From an uncultured Candidatus Saccharibacteria bacterium (lineage in GTDB: Bacteria > Patescibacteriota > Saccharimonadia > Saccharimonadales > Saccharimonadaceae): DNA of 64,000 bases. Positions within the stretch are counted from its first letter, which is position 1; every line of letters begins with the position of its first letter. Location of the stretch: positions 19,956-83,955 of the forward strand of contig CAZOYU010000002.1 in NCBI GenBank assembly GCA_964584145.1. Reading direction: 5' to 3'. Shown piece by piece: positions 42,851 through 52,217 of the stretch. Below the pieces are notes generated by a model. The model was not told where the DNA came from. It worked only from the letters and a program-made list of their open reading frames with translations, and did no database searches. The position numbers and the translations under genes were made by a program.

Positions 42851-44248
42851 ATGACGGATCGTAAAATCGTAGAAAACATCTGTTTGGGCAAGATGAATGA
42901 CGCTAGTATCCGTAAATTCTTTCAAGCCGCCCTCGACAACACGCGTAAGAAAAGTCTCGCCAATATTTTTCCTGCCGCTTGTTATGTCGTACTAAACACT
43001 AATGATTATGCTTGCTTTAGCCTTGCGCAGGATATTATTAATCAAATCTGGTTACGTCTCTCGCCGTGGCACGCTTATTGGCGCTTTGAACGCGTTGTTT
43101 ATAATCTTTTTTGGCCACGCGTCCGCAGCATTCGTCAGATTAAGCTTCGTCTTGCCGAGCCGGACGATGACGACTTCTTCTGGGATGCGCTCAGTTGGAT
43201 TCGTAGCATCCGCAACATCAAGCATTATAATCGCGAGCTCTATCAATATTTCATCAATCTCGCTCAACTAGACGCCGATACGCTCAAAAGTCTGCCACTC
43301 GAACTCAAAGGTCGCGCGCTTGAGATTAAAACTCAAAAAGCTACGCCTGTCGAACTCATGCAAACTACGCTCGCTAGTAACCAAATTCAGGATGCTATTT
43401 CCGAATTCGCCTATATTACCGGTAGTGTCGACGAGGCACGCGTTCTGCTTGACGCGATTATTCAAAAAACTGGCGCAATTGAACTCGACGATGGCGTAAT
43501 TTGCATTAATAAACTTTTGCGTTGTAACCGTAGCAAGCGTGTCCGCCGTTATGTCCTCGCGCGCATTCAGAACGAAAAATTCTTCTTTGCCGAGCGTGAC
43601 CTTGCTGATTTTTACACTTCCGCCGCAATTGGTATTATGACTGATCGTGAGTTGCAAATTCTCAAAGAGCTCACTCCAGGATTAAAACAGAATTATCCAA
43701 ATATCGGCGAGACTTATAAGCTCGCGCGCGACAATCTTGCTACTGAAAAATTCCAGACTGAAACCATCCGTAATAGCCAACTTGTCGCCGAGACGATCAA
43801 GCAATATAGCTATCATTATCGCCCGACTTATGACCTTGCGCGCTTCCATAAAATGGACGAAATTTATTACGAAACTGCTGTCGCCGAGCTGCGCGCTGGC
43901 CGAAAGCGAAGTCATTATATGTGGTATCTTTTTCCGCAGCTCAAGGGGCTAGGAGAGAGTCGCAATTCCGAATATTATGGCATTGAGGACCTCATCGAAG
44001 CGAAGCAATATTTTGCCGACCCCATTCTTCGCCGCCACTTGCTCAATCTTACGCAAATCATTCTCGATTCCGATGTTAAGAGCATTCAAAAACTATTGCC
44101 TAGTCCTGACTATCTCAAACTACATTCCTGCATGACGCTTTTCCATCTCGTTGCGCCGCGTCGCGCCATTTTCGAACAAGTAATCGATAAATACTTCAAA
44201 GGCGAACCTGATCGCGCTACTCTCTATCTCCTTTCCAAAACCGAATAA
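42851..44248 (+). CDS. two-domain protein: unknown ~330-aa N-terminal region + C-terminal DUF1810 domain
   Basis: 465 aa. The C-terminus (RSHYMWYLFPQLKGLGESRNSEYYGI...EAKQYFADPILRRHL...LHSCMTLF) matches my recollection of DUF1810. The N-terminal region is not recognised. Confidence 0.7.
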   Translation: MTDRKIVENICLGKMNDASIRKFFQAALDNTRKKSLANIFPAACYVVLNTNDYACFSLAQDIINQIWLRLSPWHAYWRFERVVYNLFWPRVRSIRQIKLRLAEPDDDDFFWDALSWIRSIRNIKHYNRELYQYFINLAQLDADTLKSLPLELKGRALEIKTQKATPVELMQTTLASNQIQDAISEFAYITGSVDEARVLLDAIIQKTGAIELDDGVICINKLLRCNRSKRVRRYVLARIQNEKFFFAERDLADFYTSAAIGIMTDRELQILKELTPGLKQNYPNIGETYKLARDNLATEKFQTETIRNSQLVAETIKQYSYHYRPTYDLARFHKMDEIYYETAVAELRAGRKRSHYMWYLFPQLKGLGESRNSEYYGIEDLIEAKQYFADPILRRHLLNLTQIILDSDVKSIQKLLPSPDYLKLHSCMTLFHLVAPRRAIFEQVIDKYFKGEPDRATLYLLSKTE

Positions 44249-44327
44249 ATATGATATAATATAAAAATCATTTCATCATAATGATGTACTTTTTGATTGA
44301 TGAGTGAAAATCCAAGGAGGTGTTTTG

Positions 44328-44864
44328 ATGAATCTACCCAACAAACTCACACTCATTCGCGTTCTACTAATACCCATTTTCGTTGTCGTTCTGCTCGTTC
44401 CGCTGGGGATTTCGTGGCAAAACTGGCTCGCATTGGCGATTTTTGTCATTGCCAGTCTTACCGATTTCGCCGATGGTTATCTTGCCCGCAAGTATCAATT
44501 AATTACTAATTTTGGCAAATTCATGGACCCGCTCGCTGACAAATTACTCGTTTGTTCAGCTCTAGTCTGCCTCACTAGCCTCGGCCGCATCGCTGCCTGG
44601 ATGGTCATCGTGATCGTTGCCCGCGAATTTATTATTAGTGGTCTGCGCCTCGTCGCTGTCGACCAAGGTGTTGTGATTGCGGCTAGCTATTGGGGCAAAT
44701 TCAAGACTGTTGCGCAAATGACAATGATTATGCTCTTGCTTGCCAATCTTACGTCTCTCACTATTCTCACCAAGATTATCACTTGGCTCGCACTAATCCT
44801 TACCGTCGTTTCGCTAATCGACTATATTGCGAAGAACGCCCATCTCATCAACGATGCAATTTAG
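44328..44864 (+). CDS. pgsA: CDP-diacylglycerol--glycerol-3-phosphate 3-phosphatidyltransferase
   Basis: 178 aa. NKLTLIRVLLIP and the CDP-alcohol transferase motif DFADGYLARK...GKFMDPLADK. AAGGAGG lies upstream of the ATG at 44328. Confidence 0.9.
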   Translation: MNLPNKLTLIRVLLIPIFVVVLLVPLGISWQNWLALAIFVIASLTDFADGYLARKYQLITNFGKFMDPLADKLLVCSALVCLTSLGRIAAWMVIVIVAREFIISGLRLVAVDQGVVIAASYWGKFKTVAQMTMIMLLLANLTSLTILTKIITWLALILTVVSLIDYIAKNAHLINDAI

Positions 44865-44865
44865 C

Positions 44866-44898
44866 AATAAAAATCCCCGGTCAACCGGGGATTATTGC
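44866..44898. terminator. bidirectional hairpin between pgsA and dgkA
   Basis: AATCCCCGGtcaaCCGGGGATT. The dgkA stop codon lies in the loop. Confidence 0.6.
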
Positions 44899-45297
44899 TT
44901 GCCACCACGCGAAATTCGCTAAGTGGCAAATAATGAAACCAATTACGCAAACAATATAAACTAAGTGACAAATCCAGACGCTAGCCGAAGCTAAATCTTT
45001 TGAGCGTTTTACGCGCTCATCTTCCTCCAAAGTTACTAAGTCATTGACTTCCTCTACGGCCGTATTCATCGTTTCGATAATGAATAGCCAGACCAAGAAA
45101 ATCAACATAATAATGTATTCCAGCGCAATGAAGCGGAAGATCAGGCCAATCGCGATGCCCGCACCTAGCTCTATCGGAGCGAGCTGTCGGACTGTGCTCG
45201 ACTCTCTGAACATAATCTTCAAGCCATTGTTGGAATCAGAGATGTTGCGAAAGATTTGATAGAAGACATTCTTCTTATCTGGTTTCTTGAATTTCAA
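44881..45297 (-). CDS. dgkA: DgkA-family (diacylglycerol/undecaprenol) kinase
   Basis: The motif IIETMNTAVEEVNDLV (E..NTA.E) and three TM helices match the family. I place the start at TTG 45295-45297, 8 nt after GGAGGTG. The ORF-track ATG at 45375 would add 26 aa. Confidence 0.75.
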   Translation of the reverse strand: MKFKKPDKKNVFYQIFRNISDSNNGLKIMFRESSTVRQLAPIELGAGIAIGLIFRFIALEYIIMLIFLVWLFIIETMNTAVEEVNDLVTLEEDERVKRSKDLASASVWICHLVYIVCVIGFIICHLANFAWWQAIIPG

Positions 45298-45473
45298 GGT
45301 GCTCACCTCCCGAAAGAAATTTAGTAGCGCATGACTACCATACCTTATTATATCACAGAATGCGGAAAAAGTCAATAAGCCCGCGCTGTCGCCAGTCTAA
45401 ACTAGTAGTGTTATACTAAGATATAGGCGCAGCCACAACTGCGCAAGATTCAGATTATTATTTAGGAGTGTCA

Positions 45474-47366
45474 ATGCCAGAATATAAAAATACTGCCGGT
45501 AAGAAAAAACCGCAAAAAAACCATAAACTCAGCAACGCGATTCGCGCACTGTTGTTTTGGGTAATTATTGCGATTTTTGTAGTTGCAATTAGTGGCGGTT
45601 TTAATCAAGCTAATAACGCTAATACTGAAGAGAAGAGCCTCACCGAGGTCTTGACTTTGGTTAACGAGGGTTCGATTGATAAAATCGTCGTCAAGGGTGA
45701 TACGCTCTATGTTACGCCTAAGAATGCCGCCGATATGAATCAGATTATTTCTCGCAAGGAATCTGGCAGTTCGCTCCAAGAGCAGGGTTTTGCTGAGGCT
45801 GTCCAAGAGGGCAAAGTTAACATCGAAGTCCAAGAAGATGTCGATACGCTTGGCATTATGTTTGATGCTGCCATTGTTGTTGTGCCAGTTATCTTGCTCG
45901 GCGCTTTCCTGATCTATATGGTTCGCCAGGCCCAGAGTATGAATAATCAAAATATTGGTTTTGGCAAAGCTAAAGCGCGTCTTTATGGCAACGAAAAGAA
46001 AAAGGTACTTTTCTCCGATGTGGCCGGCAATGAGGCCGCCAAGCAGGACCTCGCCGAAGTGGTTGATTTTCTCAAGAATCCAAAAAAATATGAGCGCCTT
46101 GGCGCTAAAATCCCGCGTGGCGTCTTGCTGGCTGGCGATCCAGGTACTGGCAAAACTTTGATGGCGCGCGCTGTTGCCGGCGAAGCTGGTGTGCCTTTCT
46201 TTTCTATCTCTGGCTCCGAATTCGCTGAAATGTTTGTTGGCGTTGGCGCTTCGCGCGTGCGCGACCTCTTTGGCAAAGCTAAGAAAAATGCCCCGAGCAT
46301 TATCTTCATCGATGAGATTGATGCCGTTGCCCATAAGCGCGATGCGCGTGGTGGTGCTGGCCGCGAAGATGAGCAGACCCTCAACCAAATCCTCGTCGAG
46401 ATGGACGGCTTCGATAATGATACGGGTGTAATCGTCATGGCTGCAACTAACCGCGTTGACATGCTCGACAAGGCTTTGCTCCGTCCGGGACGCTTTGACC
46501 GCCATGTCAATGTTACTTTGCCGGAACGCAAAGACCGTGTCGATATTCTCAATGTCCATTTCAAGAACAAGCCAGTTGCCGACGACGTGAATCTTGATGC
46601 GCTTGCCGCTAAAACTGCTGGCTCTAGTGGCGCTGACCTTGCTAATATTGCCAACGAGGCTGCTATTACTGCTGCTCGCGAAAATCACAAAGTTATTACG
46701 AATGCCGACGTCACTGAAGCTTTTGAGCGCGTCGCAATTGGCCCAGAGCGCAAATCTAAAGTCATGAACGAGCAGGAGCGCAAGATTACCGCTTACCATG
46801 AAGCTGGTCACGCCATTGTTGGCCATGTCTTGCCAGATTCTGATCCCGTCCATAAAGTTACTATTATTCCGCGTGGCCATGCTGGTGGTGTCACTTGGTT
46901 CTTGCCGCCAGAGGATCGCAGCTATAAGAATATCTTCGAGCTCAAAGATGTCCTCGCCCGCGCAATGGGTGGTCGTGTCGCTGAGCGCATGATTTTCGGT
47001 GAAGATGGTATTACGACTGGTGCCAGCTCCGATTTGCAACACGTCGCCGAACTCGCGCGCGAGATGGTTTCCGAAGAGGGTATGGGATCCAAGCTGCGTG
47101 ACCAAGTCTTCAATACCAACGAAGTTAACTTCTTCGGCGATCGCGCCAAGATTTATTCCGAAAAAACTTCCGAAATTATCGATGCTGAAATCGCTGATTT
47201 AAATAAAGAAGCAGCTAAGCGCGCCGAAGCTGTGCTGAGTGCTAACCGTAAATTCCTCGATGCGCTCGCCGAAGCCTTGCTTGAAAAAGAAACCCTCGAA
47301 GAAGCCGAAGTTAACAAAATCCTCAAAGGTACGACCCTTCCTGACACCGCAAAATTACACGATTAA
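45474..47366 (+). CDS. ftsH: ATP-dependent zinc metalloprotease FtsH
   Basis: Walker A GDPGTGKT, Walker [13 protein letters not shown] region and the zinc motif HEAGHA. AGGAG lies 7 nt upstream of the ATG at 45474. Confidence 0.97.
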   Translation: MPEYKNTAGKKKPQKNHKLSNAIRALLFWVIIAIFVVAISGGFNQANNANTEEKSLTEVLTLVNEGSIDKIVVKGDTLYVTPKNAADMNQIISRKESGSSLQEQGFAEAVQEGKVNIEVQEDVDTLGIMFDAAIVVVPVILLGAFLIYMVRQAQSMNNQNIGFGKAKARLYGNEKKKVLFSDVAGNEAAKQDLAEVVDFLKNPKKYERLGAKIPRGVLLAGDPGTGKTLMARAVAGEAGVPFFSISGSEFAEMFVGVGASRVRDLFGKAKKNAPSIIFIDEIDAVAHKRDARGGAGREDEQTLNQILVEMDGFDNDTGVIVMAATNRVDMLDKALLRPGRFDRHVNVTLPERKDRVDILNVHFKNKPVADDVNLDALAAKTAGSSGADLANIANEAAITAARENHKVITNADVTEAFERVAIGPERKSKVMNEQERKITAYHEAGHAIVGHVLPDSDPVHKVTIIPRGHAGGVTWFLPPEDRSYKNIFELKDVLARAMGGRVAERMIFGEDGITTGASSDLQHVAELAREMVSEEGMGSKLRDQVFNTNEVNFFGDRAKIYSEKTSEIIDAEIADLNKEAAKRAEAVLSANRKFLDALAEALLEKETLEEAEVNKILKGTTLPDTAKLHD

Positions 47367-47374
47367 GGAGCAAA

Positions 47375-48040
47375 ATGGCCCGTTCCAAAACTCGCGAACA
47401 AATCCAATTTGAGCGGCGCAAGCAGCTGATCAAACTCGGCGTCATTGTCTTTACTTTGCTCGTTGTCGTTGCGCTTGTCGCCTGGATCATTGAATCGCCT
47501 AAGACTGCTAAGATTACCGTCTTGGTTGCGCCGACAGATGCAACCGTCACGATTGGTGGCAAGCGTTTCAAAAATGGCACGCATCGCATCGAACCGGGGA
47601 CTTACGATGTTGAAATTACGCGCGCTGATTTTGGCTCATATTCGGGCCAAATTACCGCAACAGCGGGGCAGACCGAGCGGCTCTATGTTTGCCTCGAAAA
47701 GAACGAAGATAATGACGCCTATTACGACGCCAATGCCAATCAGAAAGATTACGAAGCTTGTTACACTGTCCAAGAATACCAAGCCGAACAACTCGAAAAG
47801 GAGACCTATTCCGACCCCGTCTTCGCTGTTGCACCTTATCATAATTACCAAAAAGGTTTCTATATCGATCCCTACATTGCCGATGACGAATCTGTGCACA
47901 TCCGCATCACGCTTATCACCTGCTTGACGGAGCGTGCCGAGGGGCTTAAACAAAATGCTCTCGAATGGCTAGGCGGCAAGGGGATTGATACGAGTAAGTA
48001 TCCGCTCGAATATAAAAGTTGTGCATATGGAGATAAATAA
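47375..48040 (+). CDS. membrane-anchored PEGA-like domain protein
   Basis: 221 aa. One TM helix followed by ITVLVAPTDATVTIGGKRFKNGTHRIEPGTYDVEITRADF, which is PEGA-like. Confidence 0.6.
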   Translation: MARSKTREQIQFERRKQLIKLGVIVFTLLVVVALVAWIIESPKTAKITVLVAPTDATVTIGGKRFKNGTHRIEPGTYDVEITRADFGSYSGQITATAGQTERLYVCLEKNEDNDAYYDANANQKDYEACYTVQEYQAEQLEKETYSDPVFAVAPYHNYQKGFYIDPYIADDESVHIRITLITCLTERAEGLKQNALEWLGGKGIDTSKYPLEYKSCAYGDK

Positions 48041-48978
48041 TGTCCGAAACTGAACGACGCAAACGCACTTGGTGGCGCATTGCTTTATATATCATTCTTG
48101 TTCTCGCCATCATTGGCTTAATTTATTTGCGTAGCCTCATCGCTGGCAAAGTCTACTTTTTCATTTCTTACGCACCTTTTTCTTCCACCGTGCGCATTGG
48201 CGACAAATATTACAAAAACAACGCCTACAATTATATCGAACCAGGTGAATATGATTTAATCATCGAGCATGAACATTTTGCCACTGTCACGGAGCACATC
48301 ACCATTCCGAATGAATTCAATAGCGTCTACGGTGCGCTCGAGTCGGTTGACGATGAAGGCGACCGCATTGCCGCCGAGGCCGAAAAAGACTATCAACAAG
48401 TCGGCAAAGGCTCCGCTTCCGAATCTTCGCCGAAACTAGATTACGAAATTGAGCAATATTTGCCAATCGAAAATTCGCTCTATTCTATCGCAGGCAATTT
48501 CACACCCGAAACCGAAGATAGCGACAAACTGCTCTATAGTATCGATATTGACGCCGAAGAAACCTATATCGATTCCGCCGTCAAAAAACTCTTTGGTTTT
48601 CTCGATAAAGACCCCGCGCTCTCGGCTTATAATATTCGTCTACTTAACTATGATAATCCTTTCGTCGAGCATGATTATGCTGAATTTACCGAGGATGCCA
48701 ATGAATATATCAAAAATACCTATGCGACTGTTATTAATGATGGCGAATATACTTTTGCTGAGCCGATTAAGAGCGGTCGCTATGTTGGTGTCGTTATGTG
48801 TTCAAATAAAAATACTGGCAGTGCTACGCTCTATAAAACTTCACGCGTAGTCTTAAAGCGCGAAGGTGATAGCTGGACTATTCTCAATAATCCTTATCCT
48901 GTCCTAACCAAAACTCTGCTGCCCGACCTACCGACGACTTTCTTAAACCGCATAAATCTCGTAAATTGTGCCGCATGA
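48040..48978 (+). CDS. membrane-anchored PEGA-like domain protein, second of a pair
   Basis: 312 aa. TM helix followed by ISYAPFSSTVRIGDKYYKNNAYNYIEPGEYDLIIEHEHF. ATAATG overlap with the preceding gene. Confidence 0.6.
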   Translation: MSETERRKRTWWRIALYIILVLAIIGLIYLRSLIAGKVYFFISYAPFSSTVRIGDKYYKNNAYNYIEPGEYDLIIEHEHFATVTEHITIPNEFNSVYGALESVDDEGDRIAAEAEKDYQQVGKGSASESSPKLDYEIEQYLPIENSLYSIAGNFTPETEDSDKLLYSIDIDAEETYIDSAVKKLFGFLDKDPALSAYNIRLLNYDNPFVEHDYAEFTEDANEYIKNTYATVINDGEYTFAEPIKSGRYVGVVMCSNKNTGSATLYKTSRVVLKREGDSWTILNNPYPVLTKTLLPDLPTTFLNRINLVNCAA

Positions 48979-48992
48979 TTGGCGCGCTAGGG

Positions 48993-48998
48993 TATAAT
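48993..48998 (+). promoter_or_regulatory. -10 box (TATAAT) 7 nt upstream of the murJ ATG
   Basis: gggTATAATtaataagATG. Confidence 0.45.
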
Positions 48999-49005
48999 TA
49001 ATAAG

Positions 49006-50637
49006 ATGAAGCGTCGATTACATTTTCGATCTGTAGTTTCGCTTGCGAACTCAGAATTATCCGTCAAAACTGCCGCGATTGTGCTTGCTAGCTCGACTCT
49101 CGTTTCTGCTTTGCTTGGCATCTTCCGCGACCGCTGGCTCAATTCGATGTATTACGATACTTATCCTGCTGGTCTCGACGCTTATACGGCTGCTTTTACC
49201 GTGCCGGATTTTCTCTTTTTCTTGATTACTTCTGGCGCGCTCGCGGTTACTTTTATTCCGGTTTTTAATCAGCGTCTTGTTAGTGGCAATAAAAAATCCG
49301 CTTGGGAGCTTAGCTCCAGCTTGCTCAATCTGCTCGCGCTGATTGCTCTGATTTCTTCGGTATTTATGATGATTTTTGCCGACCCGCTCGTGCGCTACAT
49401 TGTTGCTCCGGGTTTGAATGAGTCTGCCATGTCGCTCGCGATTAACATGATGCGCGTAATCGCGATTAATCCATTCTTATTCTCGATTTCGACTGTTCTC
49501 TCCAGTATGCAGCAAGCCGTCAAGCGTTTCATTTTCTATGCGATCGCCCCGGCGCTCTATAATGTTGGCATTATCGTGGGTATTCTTAGTTTTACTAATG
49601 GCATCAACATCTTCGGCTGGCAGATTTTTGAGGGCGGTATCATGGGTGTCGCAATTGGTGTCGTCTTTGGTGCGCTTCTGCAGCTCTGCGCTAGTATTAT
49701 TGGACTCGTCGGCCTCGGCTTCGATTATGAATTTAAAATTCATTGGAAAAACCAAGGTTTTCGCTCTGTCTTAAAAATGTTGCCAACTCGCTCGATCGAT
49801 CAAGGCATCGACTATGTTACGGGTATCATGAACACCAACCTTGCTTCACGTATGGGTGAGCAATCTATTCGCGCTTTCCAGCAGGCTTCTTCTCTGCGCG
49901 GCATGCCGGTCAATTTGATTGGTGTTGCCATCTCGACCGCTTTTTATCCGAAGTTGAGTGACGAAGCGGGGAAGCAGGATGAAACTGCTTTTCGCGACAC
50001 GCTCCGCTCTGCGCTCAGCACAATTATTTGGATTTCGCTACCTGTCTCAATCATTGCCTTCTTTATTCGTGGCTATGTCGTCTTCTTCATCAAAAATGGC
50101 GGCGACGCCAAAATCGCTAGCGTACTTGGCGCTCTCGTTGTCGCAATCTTTACGCAATCGCTTTATCATATCGTTGCTCGTGGCTATTATGCTAAACAGC
50201 AACTTAAAAAACCGCTCATCATTTCCATCATTGCTTTCGTCGTGCAAGTTGTGTTTGCGATTTTGCTCAGCTATCTTAATTTTGGTCCTGAAGGTCTGGC
50301 TTATGCCATGTCGATTAGCGCACTCTTCGAGGTCGTCGTTCTGCTTGCCTGCGAGAATCGCGACATGAATCACGAATTGCTCAACAAAAAGTTCTGGGTC
50401 TCGATGGGTAAGACCTTAGTTGCTTCGGTTATTGCCGGTGTTGTTTCTTATATTCTCACTAAACTTTTGCCGCTTCGCGCCACTGACATTTCTTTCCTCG
50501 CCGTCTTCCCAAAATTCTGTCTGATTGTCTGCGGTAGCTTGCTGGTTTATGTTTTTACTTGCGTTTTGCTCGGTGTCGAAGAAGTTAGGCCGGTTGTCGA
50601 TAAAGTCTTTGGCGTACTCTTTAAGAACGTCAAATAG
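49006..50637 (+). CDS. murJ: lipid II flippase MurJ/MviN
   Basis: 543 aa with ~14 TM helices. The N-terminal region (SALLGIFRDRWL...FTVPDFLF) is typical of MurJ. Confidence 0.88.
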   Translation: MKRRLHFRSVVSLANSELSVKTAAIVLASSTLVSALLGIFRDRWLNSMYYDTYPAGLDAYTAAFTVPDFLFFLITSGALAVTFIPVFNQRLVSGNKKSAWELSSSLLNLLALIALISSVFMMIFADPLVRYIVAPGLNESAMSLAINMMRVIAINPFLFSISTVLSSMQQAVKRFIFYAIAPALYNVGIIVGILSFTNGINIFGWQIFEGGIMGVAIGVVFGALLQLCASIIGLVGLGFDYEFKIHWKNQGFRSVLKMLPTRSIDQGIDYVTGIMNTNLASRMGEQSIRAFQQASSLRGMPVNLIGVAISTAFYPKLSDEAGKQDETAFRDTLRSALSTIIWISLPVSIIAFFIRGYVVFFIKNGGDAKIASVLGALVVAIFTQSLYHIVARGYYAKQQLKKPLIISIIAFVVQVVFAILLSYLNFGPEGLAYAMSISALFEVVVLLACENRDMNHELLNKKFWVSMGKTLVASVIAGVVSYILTKLLPLRATDISFLAVFPKFCLIVCGSLLVYVFTCVLLGVEEVRPVVDKVFGVLFKNVK

Positions 50638-50703
50638 TCCAGCGACCCCGTGGTGTGCTAACCATACTCGATATCAAAAACGCCAGTCAACTACTCCCGC
50701 ATC

Positions 50704-50734
50704 AAAAAACTCCGACTCATGAGCCGGAGTTTTT
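50704..50734. terminator. bidirectional rho-independent terminator
   Basis: aaaaAACTCCGactcatgagcCGGAGTTttt lies between murJ (+) and the YtxH-like gene (-). Confidence 0.75.
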
Positions 50735-50744
50735 CTAGGCAATA

Positions 50745-51065
50745 TTATTTTTCTTTCTTGCTTGCACCTGTTTTCTTGTCGATTGCTTCTTCAATCTCGT
50801 CTACTTTTTCCTGGACGTCCTCCTCGATTTTCTCAGCTTCATCCTCCGCCTCATCGCTCAAGCTCTTCAATGCCTTCTTGCCTCGCGCAAAGATGCAGTG
50901 CCCAGATTTTTTCACGTCTTTCACGGCTTGGTCGCCCGCTTTCTTCAAGTCCTCGCGCGTTTCTTTGCCAGATTTTGGCGCCAGTACGACCCCCGCAATC
51001 GCACCTGCTACTGCGCCAAACAGCGCGCCGAGAAAGAATTTGCCCGTTTCTTTATTCTCGCTCAT
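50745..51065 (-). CDS. YtxH-domain protein
   Basis: 106 aa. GKFFLGALFGAVAGAIAGVVLAPKSGKETREDL is the YtxH signature. Confidence 0.8.
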   Translation of the reverse strand: MSENKETGKFFLGALFGAVAGAIAGVVLAPKSGKETREDLKKAGDQAVKDVKKSGHCIFARGKKALKSLSDEAEDEAEKIEEDVQEKVDEIEEAIDKKTGASKKEK

Positions 51066-51084
51066 TTTTTTACTCCTCCTTGCT

Positions 51085-51360
51085 TTATTTCTTACTTTTT
51101 CGCTTCGAAACGCTTTTTTCTTCGCTCGCGTCTAAATATGTTTCCGCAAAATGCCTGACTAATCCCCCCACCGTCGTCATGTCGCGCACATTGCCTGCAA
51201 TATCATCCGCTTTCTCGGCAATATCTTGACCTTGTAGCATAATTTTCTTAGCTTCTTTAGTTATGCCAATTAGCTTAATAATCAAGATGATCCCCACCAC
51301 CAGGAAGATGAACAACGTCACCGATAGCATAATTACTAATATCCAAGCAGGAGTTTCCAT
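51085..51360 (-). CDS. DUF948-like small membrane protein
   Basis: 91 aa. N-terminal TM helix followed by a helical region (ITKEAKKIMLQGQDIAEKADDIAGNV). Confidence 0.65.
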   Translation of the reverse strand: METPAWILVIMLSVTLFIFLVVGIILIIKLIGITKEAKKIMLQGQDIAEKADDIAGNVRDMTTVGGLVRHFAETYLDASEEKSVSKRKSKK

Positions 51361-51363
51361 GGC

Positions 51364-52206
51364 TTAAGCCTCCATTTTGTTAAATTCTTCGTAGGCTTTG
51401 TAGTAATTCTTTGGATCGCCTGTCGTCAACCACTTGCCCTTGCTCTTCACGACATAAACATCGCCAGCCTTGGCTAGTTTCGTGATTGCATCGACTGTCC
51501 ACAATTCATTATCCAAACCAGTATTCTTTGGAATCAAATGACCAAACACCTCTGGTGTCAACAAGTAACGGCCATAAGAAGTCAAATTCGATGGCGATTC
51601 AGCTGGTGTGGCTGGTTTTTCGACAATGTGGCTCAGGGTTTGTTTCTGCTTGTCTTTCATTGCAATCATGCCATACTTGTTCCAAACTTCTTCTGGCATT
51701 TCCTGCGCAGCAATAATTGCCTTAGCTTCCGGATATTTCTCATAGGCTTCCATCAAGGTTGCGACATCGCCTTTACCGAAAATCAAATCGTCGCTGTATA
51801 GCGCTAAGAAGGCTTCGTCGTCATTCAAGTATGGGCGAGCTGACGCAATTGGCGAGCCGTTGCCGTATGGATAGCTTGGGTCCTGCTCGATCACCGTAAT
51901 ATCAGCCATGTCCAGCACGCGCTTGACGGCTTCGAAACGATCCAATTTGCCTTGCGATTCGAGTTGCTTATAAACTTTCTCACATGGATTATTGAAATAG
52001 TCTTCATAGATCGGCTTACCTTCGTGTGTGGCTACGATGATAATATCCTTGATGCCTGCCGCCACACATTCCTCGACTACGTATTGCATGATTGGCTTTG
52101 CGCCCAGCGGAATCATCGCTTTTGGAATTGTTTTTGTGATTGGCAAGAAACGGCTGGCAAATCCGGCGTCAGTAATTACTGCCTTAGTTGGTGCTTTATA
52201 TGACAT
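51364..52206 (-). CDS. galU: UTP--glucose-1-phosphate uridylyltransferase
   Basis: 280 aa. KAVITDAGFASRFLPITKTIPKAMIPL and VEKP motifs. Confidence 0.9.
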   Translation of the reverse strand: MSYKAPTKAVITDAGFASRFLPITKTIPKAMIPLGAKPIMQYVVEECVAAGIKDIIIVATHEGKPIYEDYFNNPCEKVYKQLESQGKLDRFEAVKRVLDMADITVIEQDPSYPYGNGSPIASARPYLNDDEAFLALYSDDLIFGKGDVATLMEAYEKYPEAKAIIAAQEMPEEVWNKYGMIAMKDKQKQTLSHIVEKPATPAESPSNLTSYGRYLLTPEVFGHLIPKNTGLDNELWTVDAITKLAKAGDVYVVKSKGKWLTTGDPKNYYKAYEEFNKMEA

Positions 52207-52217
52207 AATTTTCCTCC

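Noticed and set aside
45471-47105. 544-aa ORF on the minus strand opposite ftsH
   Set aside because: The FtsH frame carries unmistakable Walker A/B, SRH and HEAGH motifs. The antisense frame has none and is a shadow ORF.
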